64,000 nucleotides of DNA from an uncultured Alphaproteobacteria bacterium (GTDB taxonomy: Bacteria > Pseudomonadota > Alphaproteobacteria > Rhizobiales > Xanthobacteraceae). This document shows, in pieces, positions 50,459 through 64,000 of this stretch (within the stretch, counting starts at the first letter, position 1; each line of letters starts with the position of its first letter). Below the pieces are notes generated by a model. It was not told the DNA's origin, searched no databases, and saw only the letters and a list, made by a program, of their open reading frames with translations. The stretch covers positions 3,975 through 67,974 of the forward strand of contig CAWBWX010000007.1 in assembly GCA_963792635.1 (NCBI GenBank), written 5' to 3'. A program made the translations under genes and the position numbers.

Positions 50459-51540
50459 ATGGCCGAAATCGAAGTCCGCAAGGGGATGCCCGACGTTTCC
50501 ATTTCGCGAGAGGAATTCGAGAAGCGCTTCCGCGCCCGCTTCTACGACCCGCTGTTCGAGAGCGTCGAGGCGGAGCTGAAGAAGGTCATCGACGTCGCCT
50601 GGGTCACCTACGAGGACTACCACAAGAGCCCGCGCGTGCGCCCGGCAGGCGATGGCTTTCACGACCCGAGCTACGAAGCTCTCCGTCGAGTGGCTCGCCG
50701 CGCGCGAAGCGATCCTCGCCGCCGAGGAGCGGCAGAAGAGTGCCGCGGGCTCGTCGCGCGTGCTCGTGGTCAACGGCTCGTCGCGCTCGGACCAGACCTG
50801 CCCGGGCGAGATGTCGAAGACCTACCGACTGGCGAAGCTCGCCAAGGACACGATCGAGAAGGAGAAGCGGCTTCGAGGTCGACCTCCTCGATCTCAGCCT
50901 GCTTACGTCGCAGTACGGCCGCGTCATCTATCCGTGCAAGGCGTGCGTGTCGACGGCCCAGCCGCTCTGCCATTGGCCGTGCTCCTGCTATCCCAACCAC
51001 GCGCTCGGGCAGAACGGCGATTGGATGGCGGAGATCTATCCGCGCTGGGTGGCGGCGCACGGCGTCATGATCGTCTGCCCGGTGAATTGGTATCAGGCCC
51101 CGTCGTCGCTGAAATTGATGATCGATCGGCTCGTGTGCGCCGACGGCGGCAACCCGGACCCGACCTCCACCCATGGCAAGGATGCGAAAGAGGCCAAAGA
51201 GCTCGAGCTCGCCGGCTGGCCGTATCCGCGCCATCTGGCGGGTCGCGTGTTTTCCGTCATCGCCCACGGCGACGCCTCGGGCACCGAGAACCTACGCCGT
51301 ATTCTTACGGATTGGATGACCGACATCGGCATGCATCCGGCCGGCCATCACGCGCTGCTCGACGACTACATCGGCTACTACGAGCCCTACGCCACGAGCC
51401 ACCAGGAGCTCGACGCCGACGTGGATTTCCAGGAGGACGTGCAGGGGGCGGCGATCGCGCTGGTCAACGCCGTCAAGCTTCTGCGCGCCGGCAAGTTCGT
51501 GGTGCCCGACGCCGGCATCCACGAGTCGCGGCCGAAATAA
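50459..51540 (+). pseudogene. Flavodoxin-like NAD(P)H-dependent oxidoreductase with Cys-rich motif; 2 frame breaks (~50678, ~50868)
   Basis: VLVVNGSSRSDQTCPGEMSKT, YPCKACVSTAQPLCHWPCSCY, VMIVCPVNWYQAPSSLK. Confidence 0.65.
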
Positions 51541-51675
51541 ACGGGGCCGGTGTGGCGCCGGTGCGATAGCGCGGGAAAAAAAGTGCCGGACTCTTGCAAA
51601 GCGTTAACCTATCCCGCAACCATCGGGTCAGGGTGATTCGCTGAATCATAGGGACGAAAGAAGAGGCGTCGGCCC

Positions 51676-52272
51676 ATGCTCGATCTTCGCGTCGTGCTTG
51701 CGGCGTGTCTGGCGGCTTTCGTATTCCTCCTCGCCGGCATCGGCGTGTTCGCGACGCTGCGCATGGGCCACAAGTCGGCCGTGGCGGTGGTGAAGGAGGG
51801 GGCGCTACCGGCCGAACCGGTCCGCTCGCACGTCGTCCCGCGCGATCCGCGCGCCCCGGTGGAAACACCTGCCGCCCAGGTTCGCACCGAGGAACCGGTG
51901 CCGCCGCCCGCACCCGAGACCACGGGGTCGATCGATCAGCTGCTGCCGGTTCCGCCGCCCGCGCCGGTCGCCATCGAGGATTTGCTGAAATCGTTGCCGC
52001 CGCCGCCCGAGCCGCCGCCGGTGATCACTCGCGTCGAACCGGTGGAGACGCCGGTTGTGAAGGAGAGCGTTCCCGACCTCACCGTCGGCGCGTCGCCGCC
52101 GGTCGCCAAGCCTGTGGCGAAGCAAGTCCGCGCGTCGAAAGCCGTCGCCAAGAAGCCTCGCACCCGCGCCGCCCGTCGCGCGCAACCCGCGGCGACCGCG
52201 AACACGCCGGCGCCCTTCTTCCTGTTCAATCCGCAGCCGGCCGCCCGAACCACGGGTAGCGTGGCGCAGTAG
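51676..52272 (+). CDS. Membrane-anchored Pro-rich protein, unknown family
   Basis: N-terminal TM AACLAAFVFLLAGIGVFATL, then PPPAP/PPPEPPP repeats and a basic tail. Confidence 0.45.
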   Translation: MLDLRVVLAACLAAFVFLLAGIGVFATLRMGHKSAVAVVKEGALPAEPVRSHVVPRDPRAPVETPAAQVRTEEPVPPPAPETTGSIDQLLPVPPPAPVAIEDLLKSLPPPPEPPPVITRVEPVETPVVKESVPDLTVGASPPVAKPVAKQVRASKAVAKKPRTRAARRAQPAATANTPAPFFLFNPQPAARTTGSVAQ

Positions 52273-52300
52273 CGCTTCATAAGAATATCTAAAAGTCGGA

Positions 52301-53486
52301 TCAGCCTTCCCACGCCCGCGGGCGATAGAAGGTGTGCACGCCGATCTTGTGGATCCGGCGCATGTCGCGGATCCAGTCGGGCCGCACCCAGTAGGCATGA
52401 TAGTGGGTGGCCTTGCCGATCTCGCCGAGCCAGGTCTTGCCGTCGAGCACCTCGCGCGGCGATGCGCTTGGCGGTCGTCCACGATTCCTCATCCTTCACC
52501 AGGAGCTTCTTGCCCTCGCAGGCGAAGGTGAATTGGCAGGCGAGGTAGCGGTGGGCGTTCTGATAGACCACGCCGCAGATGTTGTCCGGGTAGAAGCCGG
52601 AGAATGCGCGGTTGACCACCACCTGGGCGACGGCGATCTGGCCGCGCTCGGGCTCACTGCGCGCCTCGAAGTAGATTGCGTCGGCGAGGCACTTCTCCTG
52701 CTTCCCGCGCGTAAGACCTACGAGCTTCATGCGCTCGGCAGGCGATTGCGGCCGGCCGTCCTCGCCGGTGACCTCGCCCTTGGCGGCGACGCTCTCGCCG
52801 GGCAGCAAGCGGTGCTCGAAGATGAGCGGCGGCAGGCCCGCGCGGTCCTCGCCGAAGAACAGGCGCGACAGGCGGAACATGGCGCCGGCGCTGCGCGGCG
52901 AATCGATGGCGCGGCCGAGCGTGCCGGCATCGTCGGCGCGCGGCCCTTCCTCGGGACTGATGGCGATGAGGTGGTTCTCGCCCAGCGCCGGCAGCCGCGG
53001 GTCGATCTCGAAGGCGAGCGCCACGTCGTAGCGGTCGGGAGCGATCTCGTCGGGGCGCGGCGTGGGACTGACCGTCACCACCTGCACCGCCGGTGTGCGC
53101 GCCGCGAGATTGAGGGGCGCGCGGTCGGCCTTGACGGAGCGGTTGATGGTCGGCGCCGGCTCCTCGGCTTCGTCCTCACCGGTCAGGTTGCGCGGGAGCG
53201 ACCCGGTGACGTCAAGACTGACGAGCTGCGGCAGTTGCGGGATCGCGGCCCCGATCGGAATGGAGAGCGAAAAGGTCGCAGTTTTCAGCGTCGAGAACGG
53301 ATTGGAGAGGAAGAAGGAGCGGGCGCGCTCGCTGACGCCAGGTTGCTGCGCGAGCAGGCTCGCGAGATCCTGATGCGCGATCTGAACGGGATTGAGAACG
53401 AAGAAGAGCAGCGGGAGGCCAAAGTAGATGGCCGTCGTCCGCCGCCGGACGCGAAACCTCACCATACGCCGCCCCACACTACGCAA
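52301..53486 (-). pseudogene. SleB-type cell-wall hydrolase domain protein; 1 frame break (~52475)
   Basis: CLADAIYFEARSEPERGQIAVAQVVVNRAFSGFYPDNICGVVYQN...CQFTFACEGK. C-terminus ATHYHAYWVRPDWIRDMRRIHKIGVHTFYRP. Confidence 0.8.
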
Positions 53487-53631
53487 CGCTTACGCACACC
53501 GTCGCCCGAAACACTCACCACAAATTCGAGCAATTGTGAGAACTCTGTTCTCCCATGATTAAGGTTGAGGGTTAATTAACGGCGCCGGTCGTGCGGTTGT
53601 GCGGCCGCTTCGAGCAAATCGGTGTCGGCCC

Positions 53632-53661
53632 AAAAAAATCGGCCCCGTAAACCGGGGCCGA
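53632..53661 (-). terminator. Rho-independent terminator downstream of the TAXI/TRAP operon
   Basis: Perfect 9-bp stem TCGGCCCCG / CGGGGCCGA (53639-53647 / 53653-53661) with a 5-nt loop. On the minus strand it is followed by T7. Confidence 0.8.
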
Positions 53662-53688
53662 TGCCGTGATGACATAGGGAACGGAGCG

Positions 53689-54660
53689 TTACATGCGCGC
53701 GCCTTTTTCCTTGAAGTATTTCGCCGCGCCCGGGTGGAAGGGGATCGGGGAGTTCGCCTGCACCTGGTTTTCCACGACGAAGCTATTTGCCTCGCGGTGC
53801 ACGGCGACGAGCTCGGGCTTGTGGTCGAAGATGGTCTTGACGATGTTGTAGGCCATCTCGTCGCTGATGCGGTCGCCGGTGACGAGGATGTTCCACACGA
53901 CCGCGATGGCGTTGTCCTTGTCCTGGCCGGGATAGACGCCGCTGTTGATCACGCCCTTGGAGTAAAGGTCGCCGTACTTGGCGTTCATCTTGTCCACCAC
54001 GTCGGCGTGATCGATCATCTTGATCTTCGTTCCCGGCGTGGCGCCGAGATCGGTGACGGCCGCCGTGGGCAGGCCGCCGACCCAGAAGAAGGCATCGATC
54101 TTCCTGTCCTTCAGCGCGTTCACCGATTCCGCAACCGACAGGCGCTCGCGGCGCATGTCCTTGTCCTTGTCGAGACCGGCGGCCTCGATGACGCGGAACG
54201 CCATCACCTCGGTGGCGCTGCCGGGCGAGCCGGTGGAAACGCGCTTGCCCTTCAAGTCGGCCATGCTGTTGACGCCAGTGCCTTCCACCGTCACGACGTG
54301 CATGCGGTTGGGATAGAGCACCATCAGGGTCTTGAGCGGGACCTGGTTGCCCTTGAACTTGTCTTCGCCGCGGAGCGCATCGAGCGCCGCGTCCGCCATG
54401 ACGAAGCCGACCTCGCTTTGCGCCGAGCCGATGAGCTTGAGGTTGTCGACCGAGCCGCCGGTGACTTCGGCGGTGAACTGCGTGCCGCCGGGAAGATGCT
54501 TGGACAGGACGTTCGCGAGGCCGCCGCCGAGCGGATAGTAGACGCCGCCGGTGCCGCCGGTTCCGATCGAGATCGCTTTCTGGCCGACCGCCGCGGTGGC
54601 GAGCACGGCTGCCAACGCGGCAGCGCCGAGCACGCGGCCTTGCCATTTCCATTTGGACAT
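53689..54660 (-). CDS. TAXI-family TRAP transporter solute-binding subunit
   Basis: Intact 323 aa. Signal peptide, then IGTGGTGGVYYPLGGGLANVL. Confidence 0.85.
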   Translation of the reverse strand: MSKWKWQGRVLGAAALAAVLATAAVGQKAISIGTGGTGGVYYPLGGGLANVLSKHLPGGTQFTAEVTGGSVDNLKLIGSAQSEVGFVMADAALDALRGEDKFKGNQVPLKTLMVLYPNRMHVVTVEGTGVNSMADLKGKRVSTGSPGSATEVMAFRVIEAAGLDKDKDMRRERLSVAESVNALKDRKIDAFFWVGGLPTAAVTDLGATPGTKIKMIDHADVVDKMNAKYGDLYSKGVINSGVYPGQDKDNAIAVVWNILVTGDRISDEMAYNIVKTIFDHKPELVAVHREANSFVVENQVQANSPIPFHPGAAKYFKEKGARM

Positions 54661-54672
54661 TGGGTTCCTCCG

Positions 54673-56694
54673 TCAGAGTGTTATGGGGGCGGGTTCCGCC
54701 TTGCTGAATTTTTGCTTGAATAGCACGGCGAGGGCAATCACAAATCCGAGAACGGCCGTGTACTCGAGATCCCGTCCGACAATCCATTCGGCGAGCGCCT
54801 CGATCAGGCTGGGGAACACCAGCAGGAGCCCGGCGAGGAGGTAAAGCACGGTTTCGATCGGCGTGTTGCGGCGAAGGCCCCAGCGCTGGGCGGCGGCGGC
54901 AAGGGCAGCGAGGCCGGCCGCTGCCTTGAACGTGATCCAGAGGATGTCGGTTACCGAGCCGCCCGCCGGGATTTTCATCAGCAGTCCCACGCCGGCCGGG
55001 TCGAGCACGAACACGAACGGCACCAGGAACGCCGGCATCGTGTATTTCCACGCCTGCATCGTGGTGGCGTACGGGTCGCCGCCGGTGATGGCGGCGGCGG
55101 CAAAGGGCGCGAGCGCCGTCGGCGGCGATACCTCCGACAGCACCGCGTAATAGAAGATGAACATGTGGGCGGCGAAGTCGGGGACCCCGAGCTGGGTCAG
55201 CGCGGGTGCCGCGATCACGGCGCAGATGATGTAGGAGGCGGTGACCGGCACGGCGAGGCCGATCACCCAGACGATGAGCGCGGTGTAGATCGCGGTGAGC
55301 AGCCGGCTGCCGCCGGCATAGGCGATCACGATCGAGGAGAATTTCAAGCCAAGGCCGGTGAGGGTGACCACGCCCACCACGATGCCGGCGGCGGCGCAGG
55401 TGGTGGCGGCGTTGAGCACGCTGATCGAGCCGTCGGCCATGGCGCGCACAAGCTTGCGCGGTTTGAGCGCGGTCTCGGGCGTAAGGAAACTCAAGCCGAA
55501 AGTGAGCAGAGTCGAATAGAACACCGCCAGTCCCGGCGAGTAGCCCCACACCATGAAGACGACGACGGCGACCAGCGACACGAAATGGAATCCATAGCGC
55601 CGCGTCATTTGACCGAGCGTCATGTCCAACTGGTAGTCGACTTGGCGAACGCCAAAGCGCTTGGCGTCAAGCTCGACCATGATGAGAAGCGAGAGGTAGT
55701 AGAGGCACGTGGGGATGACCGCCATCCAGATCACGTCGAGGTAACTGATCTTCAGGAACTCGGCGATCAGAAAGGCGGCGGCGCCGAGCACCGGCGGCGA
55801 CAGGATGGCGCCAAGACCGCCGGCGGCCAGAAGCCCGCCCGCGGCGGTCGGCTTGAAGCCGGATTTCGCCAGCATCGGGTAGGCGACGGCGCCGATCGTC
55901 ACCGTGGTGGCGACGCCCGAGCCCGACGGCCCGCCGAGCAGGAACGACGACAGCACCACGGTGCGTCCGGCGGCATTGGACTTGCCACCCATCAGAGCGA
56001 ACGAGAAATCGATGAAGAACTTTCCCGCGCCCGAGTGCATGAGGAACGCGCCGTAGATCGTGAACAGGACGATGAGCGTCGCTGACACGTCGACGGGCAC
56101 GCCGAAGATGCCTTCCAGCGTGATGAACAGGTGGCCGACGAGACGCGAAATATCGTAGCCGCGGTGCGTCCACGGCGCCGGCAGATAGGGTCCGGCCATG
56201 GCGTAGACAATGAACAGGATCGCGATGGCCGGCATGATCCAGCCGGTGGTGCGCCGGGTTGCCTCGAGCAGCAGCACGATGAAGATCACGCCCAACACCA
56301 CATCGAGGCGGCCCGGGCCCGTCGCGCGATCGGTGAAGTCGTCGCCGCCCATGATGGCGTAGATCAGGATCGCCACCGCGGCGAGGCCGAACAACACGTC
56401 CCACCACTGGATGCGGTTGCGGAAGCGCGGCGCCATCGGGAAGAGCAGGAAGGCGAGTATCATGACGAACGCCACGTGCGTGTAGCGCAGCTGCTGCGTC
56501 GGCACGATGTCGTAGGCGGCCCACAGATGAAACGTCGTCATCGCCACCGCGATCGCGGTGACGATCGTGCCGGCCCAACCGCTGAGGCGATTGGAGGCGC
56601 CTTCCTCGCTCTCGACGAAGGCTTCGGCCTTCGCCAGCTGCTCCGCCGAGATGACGGGCTCGGCCTCGATCTTGGCTTCGGTTTCGCCGGCCAT
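54673..56694 (-). CDS. TRAP transporter fused permease (TAXI-associated)
   Basis: Intact 673 aa, highly hydrophobic throughout, directly upstream of the TAXI binding protein. Confidence 0.85.
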   Translation of the reverse strand: MAGETEAKIEAEPVISAEQLAKAEAFVESEEGASNRLSGWAGTIVTAIAVAMTTFHLWAAYDIVPTQQLRYTHVAFVMILAFLLFPMAPRFRNRIQWWDVLFGLAAVAILIYAIMGGDDFTDRATGPGRLDVVLGVIFIVLLLEATRRTTGWIMPAIAILFIVYAMAGPYLPAPWTHRGYDISRLVGHLFITLEGIFGVPVDVSATLIVLFTIYGAFLMHSGAGKFFIDFSFALMGGKSNAAGRTVVLSSFLLGGPSGSGVATTVTIGAVAYPMLAKSGFKPTAAGGLLAAGGLGAILSPPVLGAAAFLIAEFLKISYLDVIWMAVIPTCLYYLSLLIMVELDAKRFGVRQVDYQLDMTLGQMTRRYGFHFVSLVAVVVFMVWGYSPGLAVFYSTLLTFGLSFLTPETALKPRKLVRAMADGSISVLNAATTCAAAGIVVGVVTLTGLGLKFSSIVIAYAGGSRLLTAIYTALIVWVIGLAVPVTASYIICAVIAAPALTQLGVPDFAAHMFIFYYAVLSEVSPPTALAPFAAAAITGGDPYATTMQAWKYTMPAFLVPFVFVLDPAGVGLLMKIPAGGSVTDILWITFKAAAGLAALAAAAQRWGLRRNTPIETVLYLLAGLLLVFPSLIEALAEWIVGRDLEYTAVLGFVIALAVLFKQKFSKAEPAPITL

Positions 56695-56913
56695 GAACCT
56701 CCCCCGGCGAGACGTCGTTCTAAGGCGCGACGTTCTCGCTACGTCCCGAGCCTAACATGCGACGTTCGGAAGCCAACCGAGAACGGTCGGCGCGCCATGC
56801 GCCGTAAGGCGTAGCCCCGCTGCCCAATTCCTGCGCAGAACGCGGCTATCCGTTCATTAACCTCGCCGCAATCCAATCGCGAAATAGTGTTTCGCGGTCG
56901 GGAAGCGGTGGAC

Positions 56914-58267
56914 ATGCGGGAATTGCTCGATATTTCGATCTGGTCGCACTGGCAGGATATCGGTCTTCTGGCCGTGCTCGGCGTCATCGTTTTTCTCGCG
57001 ATCGCGCTGCCGCGCCTGCACCGAAAGAACCGCCGGCTGACCACCGCGCTCGACAACATGTCGACCGGGGTATGCGTGTTCGATACCTCCGCCAACGTCG
57101 TTTTCAGCAACCGCCGCTTCATCGAGATGCACGGGCTGTCGCCGGCGATCGTCGAAGCCCGGGTGCTCGCTCCGCGACCTGCTCGAGCACCGCAAGGCGG
57201 CCGGCGGCTTCATCGGCGATCCGCAGCAATACGCGCAGGAGATCATCGAAAAGAATCTAGTGCAGCGCAAGCCGTGGACGCAACGTATCGCGACCCGGTG
57301 ACAGCCGCTTCATCCACGCCGTCAATAACCCGATCGCGAGCGGCGGCTGGGTCGTCACCCATGAGGACATCACCGACCAGCAGCGGCTGGAGAAGGAGCG
57401 CGAGGAAGTGCGCAGCTCCGAGAACCGCCGCGCCGCGGTGGACACGGCGATCGCCTCCTTCCGCGAGCAGATCGACGCGCTGCTGCGCACGGTGGCCGGC
57501 ACCGCCGACGCCATGAAGTCGACCGCAACCACGTTGTCGCGCGCCTCGAGCGAGACCATGGAGCGCGCCGAGAAGGCGGTGCACGCCTCCGGCGAGGCGT
57601 CGAGCAACGTCAACACGGCCGCCGCCGCCGCGAACGAACTGTCGAGCTCGATCGGGGAAATCGGACGCCAGCTCAACCAGGCCGCCGGCGTGGTGCAGCT
57701 CGCGGTCGACGAGACGCACGCCACCGACGGCGAGATCACTACGCTAGCCGCCGCCGCGCAGAAGATCGGCGACGTGGTCAAGCTCATCCGCGACATTGCC
57801 GGCCAGACCAATCTGCTTGCGCTCAATGCCACCATCGAGGCGGCGCGCGCCGGCGAGGCCGGCCGCGGCTTCGCCGTGGTCGCCTCGGAAGTGAAAACGC
57901 TCGCCGTGCAGACCGCGCGCGCCACCGAGGAGATCGCGAGCCAGATCATGGCGGTGCAGGCTTCGACTAACGGCGCGGTGGAAGCGATCCGTCGCACCGC
58001 CGACCGCATGCGCGAGATCAACCGCTACACTTCGGCCGTGGCGACCGCCGTCGAGGAGCAGAGCGTCGCCACCAGCGAGATTTCCTACAACGTCACCAAT
58101 GCTGCCGAGGGAACGAACGTGGTGGTATCGGTGCTCGAGGCGGTAGCGGGAGCGGCGACCGAAACGCGGGGTTCGGCGCAGATCATGCTCGACGCCTCGG
58201 CGGCGGTTGAGGAGGCGGTGGCGAACCTGCGCTCGGAAGTCGAGGGCTTCCTGCACAAGGTGGCTGT

Positions 58268-58271
<4 letters not shown>
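56914..58271 (+). pseudogene. Methyl-accepting chemotaxis protein with PAS-like sensor; 2 frame breaks (~57160, ~57295)
   Basis: TM, then LDNMSTGVCVFDTSANVVFSNRRFIEMHGL, then the signalling domain [37 protein letters not shown]. Confidence 0.85.
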
Positions 58272-60946
<2,675 letters not shown>

Positions 60947-61097
60947 GGCGGACTCGGAAAGGAGGGGCAGGGCGATGCTTAGCCCGCGCGATCACGCGCT
61001 GCAATGAGGTATGTTGCAGTGCACTCTAGATAAGGGGGAAGGCAGGTACGGCTTCACCCCATGATTGCATATACTGCGGGAGGTAAGCGGGGACAGC

Positions 61098-61262
61098 ATG
61101 AACAATCTGCACGCGCCTTCCAAGGCGGTTTTCCTGATTGCGCTCGCGCTCGTGATTCTGGCGCTTCTCGGCTACTTCGTCAGCATTCCGTACGTCAGCC
61201 AGTACCAGTTCTGGCTGGCGGTGCTGGGATACGTGGTGCTTGCACTGGGCTGCATCCTGTAG
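61098..61262 (+). CDS. Small two-TM membrane protein (54 aa), unknown family
   Basis: GGGAGG about 15 nt upstream of the ATG. AVFLIALALVILALLGYF...FWLAVLGYVVLALGCIL. Confidence 0.4.
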   Translation: MNNLHAPSKAVFLIALALVILALLGYFVSIPYVSQYQFWLAVLGYVVLALGCIL

Positions 61263-61406
61263 TCAGCGCATCCCGAACAGGCCGACGAGGCCGATGACGA
61301 TCAGGTAGAGCGCTACCACGTAGTTCAGGATGCGCGGCGCGATCAAGATCAGAATGCCGGCGATGAGCGCGATGACCGGTTGCAGCAGCACGGGGTCGAG
61401 GTTCAT
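61263..61406 (-). CDS. DUF3096-like small membrane protein (47 aa)
   Basis: MNLDPVLLQPVIALIAGILILIAPRILNYVVALYLIVIGLVGLFGMR. Confidence 0.55.
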   Translation of the reverse strand: MNLDPVLLQPVIALIAGILILIAPRILNYVVALYLIVIGLVGLFGMR

Positions 61407-61459
61407 GGCGGTTCTCCCATAGGACCGCCCGACAACGCGCGAATGCGCGTTCAGCTCCG

Positions 61460-63669
61460 TCAGCCCTCGATGCGCGAGAAGTCCGCGACGCTGCGGGTGG
61501 CGGCGCGGATGCGGTTCAAGAGCTTGAGACGGTTTTCGCGCAGCGCCTTGTCGTCGGCGTTGACCGTCACCTTGTCGAAGAAGGCGTCGACCGGCTGGCG
61601 CAGTTTGGCGATGGCGCGCATGGCGGCTGCGAAGTCCTCTTTTGCAGCGCCGCCGCGACGTCGCCCTCGACCTTCCCGATCGCTGCCGCGAGCGCCTTCT
61701 CCTCGGGGGCGGCGAGGAGCTTCGCATCGGGCTCGCCGGAATAGGCTTTTCTGTCCTTCTTCTCCTCGTCGCGAAGGATATTCGCGGCGCGGCGGAAGCC
61801 GACGAGGAGATTCTTGCCGTCGTCGGTTTCGAGGAATTTGCCGAGCGCCTCCACCCGGCGGACGATCAGCAGCAGATCGTCCTGGCCGGGCAGCGCGAAC
61901 ACCGCATCGACGAGATCGTGCCGCGCACCGTTCGCGCAGGTGAACCTTCAAGCGATCGGCGAAGAACACCATCGAATCCCCGAGCGCAGGTGCAAGTTCC
62001 GCTCGTAAAGATTCAGGAGATTTTTGCCGTCGGAAACTTGAGAATTTTCTTGCGTCATCGAATGCAACGAATTCGATATTCGAATCCGGTTTTATATCAT
62101 TGTAGCGTACAGTAGAGATCGAATTGCCCAAGATCGTCCTTTGAGGCGACGGTATGTGCGAATAGCCACGCGAACAAACGAATCCGTAGATTATTATTTA
62201 ACAGAACGCGTATCACGCCCAGCGCCGCGCGGCGCAGCGCATAGGGATCCTTCGATCCCGTCGGCTTCTCGTCGATCGTCCAGAAGCCAACCAGCGTATC
62301 GATCTTGTCGGCGAGGGCGACCGCGATGGAAACCGGGTCGGTCGGGATGCGATCGCCGGGCCCCTGCGGCTTGTAGTGCTCCTCGATGGCGCGGGCGACG
62401 GCCGCGTCCTCGCCTTGGGCCAGCGCGTAGTACTTGCCCATCAATCCTTGCAGTTCGGGGAACTCGCCCACCATCTCGGTGACGAGGTCGGCCTTGGAAA
62501 GTCGCGCGGCGCGTTCGGCCTTGGCGGGATCGGCTTTGACTATTGGCGCCAAATCTTTCGCGAGCTTTGCGATGCGCTCCACGCGCTCCGCTTGCGTCCC
62601 CAGCTTCTCGTGAAAGACGATTTCCTTCGAGCTTCGGCAGCCGCTCCTCGAGCTTCTTCTTGCGGTCCTGCTCGTAGAAGAATTTCGCATCGGCGAGCCG
62701 CGCCCGGATCACCCGGGCGTTGCCCGCCTTGATCGCGGCGCCGCCGTCCTTGGCTTCGAGGTCGGCGACCAGCACGAACTTGTTGGCAAGCTTGCCGGTC
62801 TTGGGATCGCGCAGTACGAAGCATTTCTGGTTGGCGCGGATGGTGGCGCGGATCACCTCGGGCGGCAGCTCTAGGTACGCCGCGTCGAACTCGCTCAAAA
62901 GCGCCACCGGCCACTCGACAAGCCCGGCGACCTCTTCCAACAGTCCTTCGTCCTCCACGAGCTCCAGCCCTTGCGCCAGCGCCAGGTCCTTGGCATCGGC
63001 GAGGATCGCGGCCTTGCGCCGCTCGCGGTCGGGCACGACCTTGGCCTTCTCGAGCTTCGCCAGATAATCCTCGAGCCGGCGCACGCGGATCGCCGCGGGC
63101 GCCATGACGCGGTGCCCATAGGTGGTGTCGCCGCTCGCCACCCCGTCGACCGCGAACTTGACGACCTCCGGCTCCTCGGTTTCCGGGCCGAAGACGCACA
63201 CGATCGAGTGCAGCGGCCGCACCCAGGTGAGCTCGCCCGCGCCCCAGCGCATGGACTTCGGCCACGGGAAATCACGCACGACCTGCGGCACGATCTCGGC
63301 GATCACTTGCTCCGCCGGCCGGCCCTTGCGCTCGATGAGAGCCACGTAGAAGTCGCCCTTCTTGTCCGGCTGCACCTTGGCCTCGCTGATGGACTTCAGC
63401 CCGGCGCTTTTCAGAAATCCCTCGATCGCCTTCTCCGGGGCGCCCACGCGCGGGCCCTTCTTTTCCTCGCGCAGATCGGGCTGGCGCGCCGGCAGCCCGT
63501 GCACCGCGAGCGCCAGCCGCCGCGGTGTCACGAATCCCTTGGCGCCCTCATAGGTGAGGCCGGCATCGACCAGTCGCCCGGTGACAAGCTTCTGCAGATC
63601 CTCCATCGCGCGCGCCTGCATGCGCGCGGGGATTTCTTCCGAAAAGAGCTCGAGCAGAAGGTCAGGCAT
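61460..63669 (-). pseudogene. glyS: Glycine--tRNA ligase beta subunit; 4 frame breaks (~62640, ~62115, ~61930, ~61645)
   Basis: [81 protein letters not shown]-terminus [26 protein letters not shown]. Confidence 0.9.
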
Positions 63670-63865
63670 TGCGATCTCGACCGGCGGCTTTCATTCGATA
63701 GTAGGGCGGGCTTGCCCGGGCCGCGGACTGGCGGCGGTTCCATGCTTAATGCCTGATGATCGGGGATACTACGCACTTCACCGCACAATTGCCCGCAAAA
63801 AAATTAGCGGTTCCACAACGGCTCAAGCCGCAAGACGGTCGCGCGTAACCAAGGCCGCTTTCACC

Positions 63866-64000
63866 ATGAAGTTGACCAGACGAATTTCTCTGTTGTGGCA
63901 CGTTGTCCAACGCCGTCGCTGGATCGATTGGCGCCGCCGCGACCTCAGGGACGCCGTCGTCATATTCAGCATTGCGACGGTCGCTTTTCTACTCTCTTCA
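63866..64000 (+). CDS. 3'-truncated ORF start (45 codons) with a TM segment; identity unknown
   Basis: ATG at 63866. MKLTRRISLLWHVVQRRRWIDWRRRDLRDAVVIFSIATVAFLLSS runs off the window. Confidence 0.25.
   Translation, partial: MKLTRRISLLWHVVQRRRWIDWRRRDLRDAVVIFSIATVAFLLSS

Noticed and set aside
61434-61451. Perfect 7-bp GC hairpin (AACGCGC-GAAT-GCGCGTT) after glyS as a terminator
   Set aside because: No U-tract follows on the transcribed (minus) strand, and the DUF3096 gene starts 28 nt further on. It may be an inter-cistronic structure but is not a canonical terminator.

Overview
High-GC (about 65-68%) bacterial DNA that reads as two unrelated blocks. Block 1 (1 to about 13.85 kb) carries a coiled-coil/Gly-Gln-rich protein, a DUF4159 protein, an AAA+ ATPase / vWA / Lon-N-domain cassette, a GNAT ORF, a decayed IS110-family element, GDPD, a PLP dehydratase, membrane proteins and a secreted cupin. 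It also holds unusual short-word repeats: 7-nt GATC-containing tandem units, a GATC/ATCTGA-rich spacer and an AT-rich inverted repeat over a start codon. Block 2 (about 13.85-64 kb) is a typical alphaproteobacterial (Rhizobiales-like) housekeeping stretch: ileS-lspA, two M16 peptidases, atpI-B-E-F'-F, smc, dsbA-like, DUF721, mutY, ccrM, a PA0069-type radical SAM gene, moaB, ypfJ, rnhB, cydAB, purine permease, ETF-QO, dps, a TAXI-TRAP transporter, an MCP, ppdK and glyS. The blocks meet at about 13,848-13,856, where a 3' gene fragment on the minus strand abuts a 5'-truncated ileS. I read this as a chimeric join or a rearrangement. About 25 of roughly 60 genes cannot be read in one frame (about 55 breaks, densest in 1-16.5 kb). 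I label these 'pseudogene' in the as-assembled sense; indel errors from assembly are at least as likely as real decay. I found no rRNA, tRNA or CRISPR array by eye, and no recognisable defence or secretion system. The most unusual items are the heptamer tract that coincides with a frame break in the vWA gene, the block junction, the IS110-family element with a long 3' non-coding flank, and a low-GC two-gene islet at 33.2-34.2 kb. All family calls rest on motif recognition only; no searches were run.
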